Shown: positions 52,647 to 63,901, counted from the first letter of the stretch. The stretch: DNA of 64,000 nucleotides from Nostoc sp. (GCA_036918135.1 JBALDB010000015.1:212806-276805); one strand, 5' to 3'. Made by a program: numbers and translations. The notes: a model not told the origin generated them from the sequence alone.

Positions 52647-54071
52647 ATGTTAAGGGTGACTGAGAAGCCAAAGCCAACTGAGCAAACGTTTAATCCCGAA
52701 CAACCTAAGATTTGGTGGGGCATCGCTATAGCAGTGCCAATAGTAATTGCTGCTGGGGTATTAGGTACAGCTAAAATCGAGCAGCTGAAAAAATTAACTG
52801 TATCCGCACCCGTAATGCCATCTAGCAATATCGTTAGTGCTGTGGGACGTTTGGAACCGCGAGGCGAAGTTGTTAAATTGTCTGCACCCTCCTCAGGATT
52901 AGCACCATCGTCACGAATTCAGCGGCTTCTAGTCAGAGAGGGTGAAAAGGTTAAACAAGGTCAAATTGTGGCAATTTTGGACAATCGTGATACCCAAATA
53001 GCCGCACTAGAAGAAGCAAAAGCTAAAGTCCAAGAGTCCCGTGCAAATTTAGCGCAAGTCAGAGCTGGATCTCCCAGAGATATTCAAGCCCAGAGATCGG
53101 TTGTTGCTCGCCTACAAGCGCAGTTAGTCGGGGAAAAGGATGCTCAACAAGCAACCATCGCTCGGGTTGCAGCTCAGTTAAGTGGTGACAAAATCGTTCA
53201 ACAAGCAACTGTCAATCGCTTAGAAGCTGAACTCAGCGGACAGAGAGAGGCTCTCAGAGCAACCCTATTGCGTATCAAAGCCGAACAGCGCAATGCTCAA
53301 GTGGATGCTGGACGCTATGATTTTTTATACCGAGAAGGTGCGATTTCACAGCAAGAACGCGATAGAAGACGCCTGAGTGCGATTACAGCTAATCAGCAGG
53401 TTGCTGAAAGTCAAGCTACCTTGAAGCAGACATTGGCAACTTTACGACAGCAGCTTGCAGAGGCTAGAGCTAATCAAGTACAAAATTCAGCAACTTTGCA
53501 ACAGCAGCTGATTGAAGCCAAAGTTAACCGTGACAAAACTATAGCAACTTTGCAAAGACAAATCGATGAAGAAAAAGCTAAACTCAGCAGACTTTTGGAT
53601 GTTAGTCCTACTGATGTGCAAGTAGCGCTAGCCCAAGTTAGTAATGCGATCGCTAATGTCAGAAAAGCCGAAGCAGAACTGAAATTGAGCTACGTTCAAG
53701 CACCAATTGCTGGAGAAATTTTAAAGATTTACGCCAAGTCAGGTGAAGCTATAGGTGCAAATGGCATTGCTGAACTTGGACAAACTAATCAAATGTTTGT
53801 AGTTGCTGAAGTCCCAGAAGATAGTATTAGCAAAGTACGTCTTGGTCAAAACGCCACTATCACCAGCGATAACGGAGCATTTAGTGACGAATTCAAAGGA
53901 ACTGTCGCTGAAATTGGTAGAAAAATTGGCAAAAAAGATGTACTGAATACAGATCCAGCAGCAGATGTAGATGCCAGAGTTATAGAAGTGAAAATTGCTC
54001 TGTCTCCAGAAGATAGTCTGAAAGTTTCTGGTTTAACTAATGCAAAAGTTCTTGTAGAAATTAATAAATAA
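52647..54071 (+). CDS. devB: Heterocyst glycolipid exporter membrane fusion protein
   Basis: AVGRLEPRGEV, long coiled coil, DPAADVDARVIEVKI; follows pcyA; NtcA promoter upstream. Confidence 0.85.
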   Translation: MLRVTEKPKPTEQTFNPEQPKIWWGIAIAVPIVIAAGVLGTAKIEQLKKLTVSAPVMPSSNIVSAVGRLEPRGEVVKLSAPSSGLAPSSRIQRLLVREGEKVKQGQIVAILDNRDTQIAALEEAKAKVQESRANLAQVRAGSPRDIQAQRSVVARLQAQLVGEKDAQQATIARVAAQLSGDKIVQQATVNRLEAELSGQREALRATLLRIKAEQRNAQVDAGRYDFLYREGAISQQERDRRRLSAITANQQVAESQATLKQTLATLRQQLAEARANQVQNSATLQQQLIEAKVNRDKTIATLQRQIDEEKAKLSRLLDVSPTDVQVALAQVSNAIANVRKAEAELKLSYVQAPIAGEILKIYAKSGEAIGANGIAELGQTNQMFVVAEVPEDSISKVRLGQNATITSDNGAFSDEFKGTVAEIGRKIGKKDVLNTDPAADVDARVIEVKIALSPEDSLKVSGLTNAKVLVEINK

Positions 54072-54095
54072 ATTTTTCCAGATTAATCCTTAATA

Positions 54096-55253
54096 ATGAC
54101 TAAAAAAATCCCTCTGTCCTGGCTACAATTAACAAGAGAAAAAACTCGCCTAGCTGTAGCTTTGGCAGGAATTGCTTTTGCTGATATTTTGATGTTTATG
54201 CAGCTCGGATTTCGGGATGCTTTGTATTATAGTAACGTTCGATTTCATAGCAGTTTGCAGGGCGATATCGTTTTAATTAACAGTCAATCTAGCGCTGTTT
54301 TAGCTATGAGAAGCTTTTCTCAACGACGATTATATAAAGCTTTAGAGTTACCAACTGTCCAATCAGTACATCCTATATATTTAGATTATACAACTTGGAA
54401 AAATCCGATAACAGGTCGCCCTCGTAGTATCCTGATATTTGGTATGAATCCAGAAACTAACTTGCTCGATTTACCTGGAGTTCAGGAAAATTTACACAAA
54501 CTTGAACTACCAGATGTAGTTTTATTTGACCGTTCTTCTAGAGTCGAGTATGGGCCGATTGCTGCTAATTATGACCAAGGCAAGACGGTGACAGCAGAAG
54601 TACGAAGGCGGCGAATGAAAGTAGGCGGACTATTTACATTAGGTGCATCATTTGGTGCAGATGGAAACTTAATTACTAGTGATATTAACTTTCTACGAAT
54701 ATTCAATAATCGTCAGAAAGGATTAATTGATATTGGGTTAATTAGATTGAAACCGGGAGCAAATGCTAATACTGTTGCTGAGGAGTTAAAAAAGTATTTA
54801 CCTAAGGAAGAGGTAAATGTTTTAACTAAACAAGAATTCATTGACTTTGAGCGAAATTACTGGGCAAGTAGTACAGCTATCGGATTTATTTTCACATTGG
54901 GAACTGTCATGGGTTTTATTGTCGGAACTGTAATTGTTTATCAAATCCTTTATACAGAAGTTTCAGATCACTTAGCTGAGTACGCTACCCTCAAAGCCAT
55001 AGGTTATACACATAACTATTTATTGAAAATCATTCTACAAGAGGCTTTTTTACTAGCAGTTTTAGGATATTTACCTGGAATAACTTTCGCTTTATTTATG
55101 TATCAAAGTGCAAGAAATGCAACGCTTTTACCAGTATTTATGAGTTTTGACCGGGCCACAAACGTGTTGATTTTGACCATAATTATGTGCTTTGTCTCTG
55201 GTGCGATCGCAGTCCGAAAATTACGTTCTGCCGATCCAGCAGATATTTTTTAA
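54096..55253 (+). CDS. devC: DevC ABC permease
   Basis: IPLSWLQL, FMQLGF, YQILYTEVSDHLAEYATLKAIGY, ADPADIF. Confidence 0.9.
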   Translation: MTKKIPLSWLQLTREKTRLAVALAGIAFADILMFMQLGFRDALYYSNVRFHSSLQGDIVLINSQSSAVLAMRSFSQRRLYKALELPTVQSVHPIYLDYTTWKNPITGRPRSILIFGMNPETNLLDLPGVQENLHKLELPDVVLFDRSSRVEYGPIAANYDQGKTVTAEVRRRRMKVGGLFTLGASFGADGNLITSDINFLRIFNNRQKGLIDIGLIRLKPGANANTVAEELKKYLPKEEVNVLTKQEFIDFERNYWASSTAIGFIFTLGTVMGFIVGTVIVYQILYTEVSDHLAEYATLKAIGYTHNYLLKIILQEAFLLAVLGYLPGITFALFMYQSARNATLLPVFMSFDRATNVLILTIIMCFVSGAIAVRKLRSADPADIF

Positions 55254-55336
55254 TTAAGTAGTAATTAAGCAATTGTAATTCTTAGTAATACAACAGAGCT
55301 AAGTCGAAGAAATATTAACTCATAGCTAACAAATTT

Positions 55337-56047
55337 ATGAATAGACAAGAACCTGTAATTGCCATTAAAAACTTGAATCATTACTATGGCAAGGGCGCAT
55401 TGAGAAAACAAATTTTATTTGATATCAACCTAGAAATATATCCTGGCGAAATTGTAATTATGACTGGGCCATCAGGTTCAGGAAAAACGACATTATTGAG
55501 CTTGATTGGTGGTTTGCGGTCTGTACAAGAGGGAAGTTTAAAATTTTTAGGTGAAGAACTGTTTGGTGTCAGTCAGAGTAAACAGGTTCAGATGCGACGT
55601 AACATTGGTTATATTTTCCAAGCTCACAATTTGCTAGGGTTTTTGACTGCCAAGCAAAACGTACAAATGGCAGTTGAATTAAACGATCGCATTTCTCAAA
55701 CAGAAGCAGTAGCTAAATCAGAAATGATGCTACAGGCTGTTGGTTTAGAAGAAAGAATTAATTATTACCCAGACAATCTTTCTGGCGGTCAAAAACAAAG
55801 AATTGCGATCGCTCGCGCCTTAGTAAATCGTCCTCCCCTAGTGCTAGCAGACGAACCAACAGCTGCATTAGATAAACAATCAGGACGCGATGTCGTAGAA
55901 ATAATGCAGAGCCTAGCTAAAAATCAGGGAACTACTATCTTATTAGTCACACACGACAACCGCATTTTAGACATCGCCGATCGCATCGTAGAAATGGAAG
56001 ATGGTTTATTAACACGTAATTCTTCAAATACATTTATTCAGTCTTAA
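55337..56047 (+). CDS. devA: DevA ABC ATPase
   Basis: GPSGSGKT, FQAHNL, LSGGQKQR, ADEPTAALD, VTHDNR. Confidence 0.9.
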   Translation: MNRQEPVIAIKNLNHYYGKGALRKQILFDINLEIYPGEIVIMTGPSGSGKTTLLSLIGGLRSVQEGSLKFLGEELFGVSQSKQVQMRRNIGYIFQAHNLLGFLTAKQNVQMAVELNDRISQTEAVAKSEMMLQAVGLEERINYYPDNLSGGQKQRIAIARALVNRPPLVLADEPTAALDKQSGRDVVEIMQSLAKNQGTTILLVTHDNRILDIADRIVEMEDGLLTRNSSNTFIQS

Positions 56048-56106
56048 TTTTTGTGTAATTAATCATTAGTGATTTGCAAAGGACTAATGACTAATGACAA
56101 TCACAA

Positions 56107-56928
56107 TTATTGTTTAGCCGAACCTGATTTTTTTATTCCAGGTTGATTTGGTGGAGTTAGAGCATTTGATTGGCGACTAGTGCGAAAAGTCACATTCACG
56201 CCTTCATTTGATTGCTCTAGTACCAATAAAGGTGTAGGCTTAGCCTTTTGATCCCAATGCATAGTGGCAATTCGACCTTGAATTGTTGGTTGCCAACTAT
56301 CTTCATCTTCTATAGGACTTAAATAAGTTTCTATACAATCAATAATTTGACTAATAGTTGCAGAAGTTGCTTGTGTTGGTAACTTCATCAAACGGACTTG
56401 AATACGAAACAGTACACGCTTAGCAGAGTTTGCTGGAGTACCAGTTTCATACTCTACATCAAAAATTTCATCTACCTGCCGACCGGCACTGTTAGCAATT
56501 CCAACTGTTCCCTGTTGGGATTGATTTGGACGTAAGGCTTGAGAAATTTTATCTTTGACTTTAATCTTTACTTGATTAAGAATCGCAAAGTGAAATACTT
56601 CCTCTGACATCCGCATTCGCAGATAATCTAGGTTAAAATCCCGTGAGTTGACTAAATCGGGATTAGTTTCCATTTTACGAATTGTTTCTAGGGCGAGCTT
56701 AAATTTTTTTTCTAATTCTCGCACGCGGAATTGTTCAAACTTAAGTTTTTTCTCCAGTTGATTTATCTGGAGCTTACTATACACAATTAAAGCAATCACC
56801 ACTAAAGCCAGTCCTCCAGAGGTTATCACCAAAAATGGTGGTGTTTGAGGATTACTCGCTGGCACTTCTTGGGATGCCTTTTTAGTCTTTGTCCCGGAGG
56901 ATTGGGCAAGAAACATCGAAGTGGGCAT
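56107..56928 (-). CDS. Hypothetical protein (TM plus coiled coil plus globular domain)
   Basis: 273-aa ORF, single TM, non-repetitive C-terminal domain. Confidence 0.7.
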   Translation of the reverse strand: MPTSMFLAQSSGTKTKKASQEVPASNPQTPPFLVITSGGLALVVIALIVYSKLQINQLEKKLKFEQFRVRELEKKFKLALETIRKMETNPDLVNSRDFNLDYLRMRMSEEVFHFAILNQVKIKVKDKISQALRPNQSQQGTVGIANSAGRQVDEIFDVEYETGTPANSAKRVLFRIQVRLMKLPTQATSATISQIIDCIETYLSPIEDEDSWQPTIQGRIATMHWDQKAKPTPLLVLEQSNEGVNVTFRTSRQSNALTPPNQPGIKKSGSAKQ

Positions 56929-57036
56929 GGTTGGGAAATTGAAAAACTTGACTCCTAATGTTTAGGATGCCCAAATCTTTAAGACCATCTTGCTGTATGA
57001 TTAATATTTTTTACAGCTTTTTATAAACTACTAGAT

Positions 57037-57834
57037 ATGTCAAAACATCTGAGCCTCACTGCCGTGTCTGAGGTTTCATCTACTTGTCTGGCTAATATTC
57101 GTCTCATTGCCACAGATATGGATGGCACCCTGACTAGACAAGGAAAATTTACTCCTGCACTGCTGCAAGCTTTAGAGAATTTAGCAGCAGCTAACATTAA
57201 GGTACTGATTGTCACAGGACGTTCTGCTGGGTGGGTGAGTGGATTGAGTAGTTTGATGCCAGTGGCAGGTGCTATGGCAGAAAATGGCGGTTTGTACTTT
57301 GGGCCTGGGAACCAGAAACCAATAGTCTTAACACCGATTTCCGATTTAGCTGAGCATCGCCAGCACTTGGCTGCAACTTTTGAAAAGTTAAAAACTCAAT
57401 TTCCCCAAATCCAGGAGTCTGCTGATAACTGCTTCCGCATCACCGATTGGACTTTTGACGTAGCTACTTTGAGTCAAGATGAACTACAAACCCTAGATTG
57501 TCTCTGTCAACAAATGGGTTGGGGATTTACCTACAGTAACGTGCAGTGTCACATTAAACCCCAAGGACAAGATAAAGCTGTAGGATTGTTACAAGTATTG
57601 CGTGAATACTTGCCTGATTACTTACCAGAACAAATTCTCACTGTAGGCGATAGTCCCAATGATGAAAGTTTATTCGATCGCCGTTATTTTCCGGTTTCTG
57701 TAGGCGTGGCAAACGTGCTGGAATATGTGGATAAGTTACAACATCAGCCTGCTTATATTACTGCTGCTGCCGAAGTTGAAGGATTTTGTGAGTTATCTAG
57801 TTATATTTTACAAAGCTTACGTATTCCAAATTAG
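57037..57834 (+). CDS. HAD-superfamily hydrolase subfamily IIB
   Basis: DMDGTLT, VTGRSAGW, AENGG, GDSPND. Confidence 0.9.
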   Translation: MSKHLSLTAVSEVSSTCLANIRLIATDMDGTLTRQGKFTPALLQALENLAAANIKVLIVTGRSAGWVSGLSSLMPVAGAMAENGGLYFGPGNQKPIVLTPISDLAEHRQHLAATFEKLKTQFPQIQESADNCFRITDWTFDVATLSQDELQTLDCLCQQMGWGFTYSNVQCHIKPQGQDKAVGLLQVLREYLPDYLPEQILTVGDSPNDESLFDRRYFPVSVGVANVLEYVDKLQHQPAYITAAAEVEGFCELSSYILQSLRIPN

Positions 57835-57884
57835 AGACAATCATACTTGCTTTAAAATAATCTTGTAGCACTGATTTTACAACC

Positions 57885-58625
57885 ATGACAGCTACTTTAC
57901 CTGTTAGTGTCGAATCAGAAATCTTCTACCCTAGTGCTGATGGTCAACCAGTGGCAGAAACCTACGACCACCTTTATGCTTTGCTAACTACCCTAGAAGT
58001 ACTCAAACAATATTTGGCAGATCGTCAGGCAACGGTATTGGCAAATCAGTTTCTTTACTATGCACAAGGTTTTCCTAAGTTACGGGTAGCTCCAGATGTG
58101 ATGGTGATTTTTGATGTTGCACCCGGCGGTCGGGACAACTATAAAATTTGGGAAGAGAGTCAAGTACCAACAGTGATTTTTGAAATGACATCCTTTGGTA
58201 CTAAAGGACAGGACGAAATCTTTAAAAAGACGCTCTATGAGCAGTTGGGTGTTAAAGAATACTGGCTATTTGATCCGAAAGCTGAGTGGGTAGAACAACA
58301 GTTACGCGGCTATCGACTGCGAGGAGAAATCTACGAATCTATAGAAGATGGACGCAGTGAACCACTACAACTGCGTTTAGCGATTGAAGGAAAGCTAATT
58401 GCGTTTTATCGAGAGGATACAGGAGAAAAATTATTAATTGCCGATGAATTGGTAGAAGCTTTACGTCAGGAAGTTTTAGCAAGGCAACAAGCAGAAGAAC
58501 GCGCAGAACAAGAAAGCCAACGCGCAGAACAAGAACGTCAACGCGCAGAACAAGCACAATTGGAGATTGAACAGTTAAAGGCAAAGTTGCGATCGCTCAA
58601 TGTAGACCCCGATACTATTGAGTAA
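57885..58625 (+). CDS. Uma2 (DUF820) endonuclease-fold protein with heptad tail
   Basis: YPSADGQPVAE, VAPDVMV, E.TS, LGVKEYWLFDP; RAEQERQ repeats. Confidence 0.92.
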   Translation: MTATLPVSVESEIFYPSADGQPVAETYDHLYALLTTLEVLKQYLADRQATVLANQFLYYAQGFPKLRVAPDVMVIFDVAPGGRDNYKIWEESQVPTVIFEMTSFGTKGQDEIFKKTLYEQLGVKEYWLFDPKAEWVEQQLRGYRLRGEIYESIEDGRSEPLQLRLAIEGKLIAFYREDTGEKLLIADELVEALRQEVLARQQAEERAEQESQRAEQERQRAEQAQLEIEQLKAKLRSLNVDPDTIE

Positions 58626-58886
58626 ATTTTTTGTAATATTAATTACGTTAGCGCAGCGGGGTGAAGCCCATTGCGAATTACGAATTATTATCAAGTCAAA
58701 TTTATTACTTTAGACATATTACAATCAATGGATATCTAGTAGGTTTCAATCTATCACTCAGAAACGTTAACAGACTAACCGATACTTCAAAAAGGAGAGG
58801 TTAGCGTTTATTTCCAACTTCCACCAGAAAGTACAAAACCAAATATAGAGTCAATAATTTACCTTTAAGTATTGAGGTATAAAACC

Positions 58887-59054
58887 ATGCAAGAAATTGA
58901 AAGATTTTTTAGTAACTTATTCAGTAGCATAGTCAACCGCTTTAAATATTCTGCAATGGATGCTACTGAGCGAAAAATCAAAGAAACTGTTGACCAACAC
59001 GTTGAACAATATCGACAAAGATCCAAGCCTAAGGATCGAGAAGACGGTCAGTAA
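58887..59054 (+). CDS. Small hypothetical protein (55 aa)
   Basis: GAGG SD before ATG; amphipathic then charged helix; hairpin near 59156-59190. Confidence 0.5.
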   Translation: MQEIERFFSNLFSSIVNRFKYSAMDATERKIKETVDQHVEQYRQRSKPKDREDGQ

Positions 59055-59280
59055 AGAAATTTTTTGATCGGAAATTTAAATCAGCCAACATTGGTAACTG
59101 TTAAAATCAGTCTGTTAAACGGTAATACCATTGGTAAAAATTTTTACTAAAAGCATAGCGCTTCCCAATTGTTGAGTGGGCAGCGCTATTTTTAGCTCCT
59201 TACTCTCTCATATCAAGTTCGGCTAATTACTTACAAAGGAGTTGGTCTTTTTGGTAATTGGTAATTGGTAATGGGTGATA

Positions 59281-59479
59281 AGTAGGTCAACCTAAAAAAA
59301 CGTAAAATTGAATCATTACAGTATTTCAGTGTGTACCGATGTCTGCTCCATTAAAAATAAAGCTGGGTATTCGAGGATGAGTACGATTTAGCGATCGCAA
59401 TTATTGATGGTATAGAAAATAGAGCTACACAAGCTCAGTACCAAGTTGAGCGTTTTACGTTTAATTAGGTTGACCTACT
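59281..59479. mobile_element. ~200-bp MITE with ~27-bp TIRs, flanked by TA
   Basis: agtaggtcaacctaaaaaaacgtaaaa / ttttacgtttaattaggttgacctact. Confidence 0.8.
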
Positions 59480-59521
59480 TATTGTATAATTGCTCGGTTT
59501 TGGGTAGGAATTTTTGGCAAT

Positions 59522-60420
59522 TTGATGACGGCAATTAGAAGTTTATCTGCATCCATTAGCTTATTAATTTTTCCGAGTATTTATTGGCTATGTAGAGAAT
59601 TATTTGGAACACAGTTATGGCTCTCGGTGATTGCGCTCGCACTCATGGCAATCTCCCCTATTCACTTAGTATACCCCCAAGAAGCACGAAAATATATTCT
59701 CTGGGTAGTCACTATTTTATTATACAATGCCTCATTATTATGAGTATTAAGGTTGGAATCAATACATCAAGCACCACGTATATTAAATTGGGGAATCTAT
59801 GCAGTAACTTTGACAATTAGTCTCTATACGTTTTTATTTAGTGGATTTGTAGCAATTGCTCATAAAATTTATCTAATTATCATTGCCAGATTTAGGTTAA
59901 CTCGGACATTTAGAGCTTATTTACTAGCATCAATAGTAGGATTATTAGCCTTTACATCCTGGATATTGCTTGTAATAACTAACTTTTTACAATTTGATAG
60001 TTCAACAGTTTGGACAAAGACCAGGTTCCCTCTAGAAATTTTAATTAAATCTTGGCTTTACAGTTGAGCCAAATTTTTCTATATTTAAATTTTGGCTTTG
60101 AAAATACGTTTAGCTATGTAATTATACCAATTTTTTAGCATTTATCGTATATTCAATTGATTTTATTTATGAAACAGTTAGCTACCAAATCTAGTTATTT
60201 ATTATAATCTTAATTCTAATTCCTGCACTACCCCTAGTACTACCAGATTTAATTTTTGGTGGTATATGTTCGCTTGCAGAACGCTATTCATTACCTTCTT
60301 ATTTAGGTATTCAATTAGCTATTATCTATCTATTAATTACCCAACTGAATAATAAAAGTGTTGTCCGCCGAAGAATTTGGCAAACAATCATGAGACTAAT
60401 AATTATTTGTGGACTAACTT
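59522..60420 (+). pseudogene. Degraded glycosyltransferase family 39 (ArnT/PMT-like) membrane protein
   Basis: Fragments IRSLSASISLLIFPSIYWLCRELFG, AISPIHLVYPQEARKY, WGIYAVTLTISLYTFLFS, LPLVLPDLIFGG..ERY; stops and frameshifts. Confidence 0.8.
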
Positions 60421-60969
60421 ACTTTGGAAATTAGTGCGAATTGCAAATGATTAAAAAATCAAGAAACTAAAATATCCTTAATATCAAGCTAAACCATTTA
60501 CAACAAATTTTTCTTCACGTTTGTTCATAGAATACTCGTACAAGTATAGCTGATACCCAAATCAGTTTTAGCTGTCACAGAACGCTCTGGTGACCCTTGG
60601 ATTCAATAATATTAGTATATATTAATGAAATACTTTGAAAAAATTATACAATTTGAGTTGTTTATGTTAAACTCCTCCACATTTAAATTGCATAACTATG
60701 GCCAGCAAGATACCTATCCCGTAAGACTTTCATGAAATTTAGATATGCAAATTATATTTGGAACTAGCTTAGCTGTTATGGAGCTTATAGCTGAAAATAT
60801 TAGTTTTCTCAGATAAAATGCGATCGCCCCCTTCTACCCCCCTATATGTTTACCATAAAAAATAGTGGAGCCTTGTGGCTACTACGCCACATCTCCACTC
60901 TCAACTTACTGGATTAAATTCATTAAAAAGCGCCACAAAATAATTAAAACTTAGGAAGATTTAAATTAA

Positions 60970-61164
60970 TTACCGTGACTCAGTTCCTTGATTGGGGCTG
61001 CCTTGTACAGTATCATTTTCTGGTGCTTCTGGCGTAGCAGTAGTTTTAGCATCACTTTTTTCAGGATCGCCAGTTTTGCGAGTAGTTTCATCGACGGTAG
61101 TTTGGTAGCCACCAGAAGCAGTGGGGGTAGTCTCTTCATTACTAGGTTTTTGTTGTTCAGACAT
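60970..61164 (-). CDS. Small hydrophilic, probably disordered protein
   Basis: 64 aa, Thr/Glu/Ser-rich; AGGA SD; GC-richer than its flanks. Confidence 0.6.
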   Translation of the reverse strand: MSEQQKPSNEETTPTASGGYQTTVDETTRKTGDPEKSDAKTTATPEAPENDTVQGSPNQGTESR

Positions 61165-61494
61165 TATTAGATTCCTAATTATTTATTCTTATTATAATAA
61201 GATAACGGTGTGAGTTTATCTATCTACAATATAGTTATAGTTGATTTTTCCCTCTATCGAAAGTATTATTTAATATTAATTATATAGTAATTATTAAAAT
61301 TTATAAATATATAATTAGTAAAGTTAAGAAAGCTACTATTGCTAAAGTAAGAATTTAAAACGGCTTTGATGTTTAAGCAAGATACTTATGAAATTGCTGG
61401 ATTGATAGTTGACAGGAAATGACAGATGATTTGAGCGTGACCGACTCAAGAATATGGTGCGATGATTGTTATATAAATTATCAAAGTATAATTA

Positions 61495-61986
61495 ATGAAC
61501 CAAAGTAATGTATTATTACCATCTGGGTGTATTCTTCGCAAAGCAACCTCTGCTGACCAATGGTCGATTCGATTGCTGGTGTTTTCAGCCAAACTCGACC
61601 CAACCCAATTAAATTGGCAGCAATTTTCGGTAATTGAATGCGATCGCAATCTCGTATCTTGTGGACAGCTACGTAATTTCTCAGGGGCACAAGAACTTGG
61701 TAGTTTAATTGTTGCACCAGCTTGGAGAGGTCGCGGTTTAGGTAGTTTATTAACCCAGCATTTAATTAATACAGCAACGCAACCACTTTATCTTGAATGT
61801 TTGGGTCAGCGATTGAGCGAGTTTTACAGTCGCTTTGGTTTTGTGCCAATATCTTTTGCAGACTTGCCACAATTCCGCAAGACTTCTGTCTTGCCTACAC
61901 TTAAGGATAAATTTAGATTGTCACAATTAGCTAAAAGACTACTCAGAGTTCCTGTGGTATTTATGGAGTATCGTCGTAATTCATAA
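61495..61986 (+). CDS. GNAT N-acetyltransferase
   Basis: ELGSLIVAPAWRGRGLGS, FYSRFGF. Confidence 0.88.
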   Translation: MNQSNVLLPSGCILRKATSADQWSIRLLVFSAKLDPTQLNWQQFSVIECDRNLVSCGQLRNFSGAQELGSLIVAPAWRGRGLGSLLTQHLINTATQPLYLECLGQRLSEFYSRFGFVPISFADLPQFRKTSVLPTLKDKFRLSQLAKRLLRVPVVFMEYRRNS

Positions 61987-62052
61987 TTAAAACATATATA
62001 ACAAAGCTTGATATAAGTTGTCTTCAATCCTTTACTCCTTCATTCACCATTT

Positions 62053-62670
62053 TCAAATCCCAGACTTAGTAAAAATCGTTAGCAACACAGGCCCTAATAA
62101 ATAATTGTGACTTAAACACATTAGTCCAGCACAGGAACCTAGAAGCTGACGCTGATTAGGGCTGTAGAGTCTAATTCCATGGGGAGAAATTGGCAATAGT
62201 TGAGGTTCTGTGTCTTTTTTGGAAGTAATGTCAACCAAATAAAAGCATCCACGAGGAGAAAGTACCCGTGCTATTTCATTAAATACCTGTTGAGGTTCCA
62301 AATAATGTAAAAAGCTGATAGTGCTGAAAACAGCATCAAACTGACCATTAGCAAAAGGAAGAGACTCAGCTTTGCCCTCAACAAAAATTAAGCGTGGATG
62401 ATGGCGGTTGCTCAGTCTTGCCATCCGCAACATATTAATAGATAAATCTAATCCAATGCCTTTCAGGGCGGGAAATTCACTAGCAAGGCGTTCAAGTAAG
62501 CGTCCAGTACCACACCCTATGTCGAGTACATTTACTTGTTCTGGTAAAGTGATATACTCTAGCAATCGTTTGTGGATGGCTCGATAAAACACTGAAGGAA
62601 TGAGCCAATCGTAGCTTGATGCCCAGCGATCAAAAAGGAACTTTTTGTTGCTAAAAAAGTCATAAGTCAT
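62053..62670 (-). CDS. Class I SAM-dependent methyltransferase
   Basis: VLDIGCGTG, GLDLS, AESLPF..FDAV, RVLSPRG. Confidence 0.92.
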   Translation of the reverse strand: MTYDFFSNKKFLFDRWASSYDWLIPSVFYRAIHKRLLEYITLPEQVNVLDIGCGTGRLLERLASEFPALKGIGLDLSINMLRMARLSNRHHPRLIFVEGKAESLPFANGQFDAVFSTISFLHYLEPQQVFNEIARVLSPRGCFYLVDITSKKDTEPQLLPISPHGIRLYSPNQRQLLGSCAGLMCLSHNYLLGPVLLTIFTKSGI

Positions 62671-62993
62671 TAGTTTTCACAGTTTCCCCGAAGCTCAATG
62701 CTTTTTTAGGGTAAGTAGCTGCGCCTCCAAGAAGTTAGTTAACTACGGCTTTGCAGTCCGGCAATATCTAGCCTAACGTTTAGCAAATTACTTATGCTTA
62801 CCTTGGTAAATTATCTAGAATTTGGCATTTGAGTTTGTAGTTAATAGTCTTCCTAGAGACTCATGCTATCTGTGTAGAAAACTAAAAAACGAGCAATCAC
62901 TGCATAAAACTATCAAACTTGACCGTATATATTTATAGAGGTTCAAATACAACAAACTCAATATATTTTTAAAGTTACTAAGGAGAGCAATTT

Positions 62994-63281
62994 ATGTCAA
63001 GCTTTATTCAAATTAGATTACACAACGATTTACTGGACTCAGTCCGCGAGTGGTTGGAGGCGATAGAAATTCATAACTCAAAATTAGCTCATTTCCTCTG
63101 CAAAGCTATTCCTGCTCAATGTCCGTTTGAAAGAGACATCATTGTGTTTGGTCGCAAGTTATTTCATCTTCCACCAATGTGTAAATTAAATCCACTGTAC
63201 AACGAAGTTGTTGGATTGCGTTTTAAAGCGCTCTGTTATCTTGCCGATGAATGCGGTGAAGATGTCACAGCGTATTGTTAA
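62994..63281 (+). CDS. Stand-alone 'Mo-dependent nitrogenase C-terminal' domain protein
   Basis: IPAQCPFERDI...PPMCKLNPLY...LRFKALCYLADECGED. Confidence 0.88.
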   Translation: MSSFIQIRLHNDLLDSVREWLEAIEIHNSKLAHFLCKAIPAQCPFERDIIVFGRKLFHLPPMCKLNPLYNEVVGLRFKALCYLADECGEDVTAYC

Positions 63282-63452
63282 TAGTCAATTGAATCGTTCT
63301 TCATTCTTTGATCGAGCAGCCATCGGTAATTCTATACTTAAAGCTGATACTTGCTTAAATTTATACTAATTTAACGTATACATAACTAGATGTCTGGCTA
63401 TTTAGTAGCTGACGATTACTTACCGTACCCTGTTCAAACTATTAACATCATC

Positions 63453-63725
63453 ATGACGCACACTTAGTGGTTGAAGATAAAGTCAAACTGACACCATTTA
63501 TCGAATTAGAGTTGAATTATTAAGGTTATGAAGTTAGCATCGTTTACAATAGATTAACTGCACTTCCTGCAGGCCGAGAGTTGCATCTAGATTTAATAAT
63601 TATTAGACTTAATGCTGCCTGGTTTGTCACGGTTGGAAATTGACTGTCGATCTGCAAAGTATTGGAAATCAAATCCCGATAATCTTATTAACTATCAAAG
63701 ATGAAGTGAGCGATCATATTAGAAC
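63453..63725 (+). pseudogene. Decayed OmpR-type response regulator receiver domain
   Basis: Fragments LVVEDKVKL.PFIELELNY*GYEV, LDLMLPGLS.LEI, IPIILLT.KDEVSD with stop and frameshifts. Confidence 0.8.
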
Positions 63726-63901
63726 CACAGTTATTAGTGGAATTAACCTACAGATTATTACAGGGTTAAAAATATTGAATAAGCAGAATATTTGGAAACT
63801 GATTGAAGAGGGTTACAACAGTTTCAGATGAATAGACCACAGTAAATCAACTAGCCCCAAGCATCATCGGATAAGATTTACGAAAGTTAAATATAGTATA
63901 T

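Noticed and set aside
62700..62780. GGACTGCAAAGCC on the minus strand resembling a c-di-GMP-I riboswitch
   Set aside because: Lacks the GGCAAAC/GNRA P2 stem and receptor; only a modest hairpin; needs cmscan to exclude fully
62994..63281. Nitrogenase-related function
   Set aside because: The domain name is historical; no nif genes or nitrogenase motifs here
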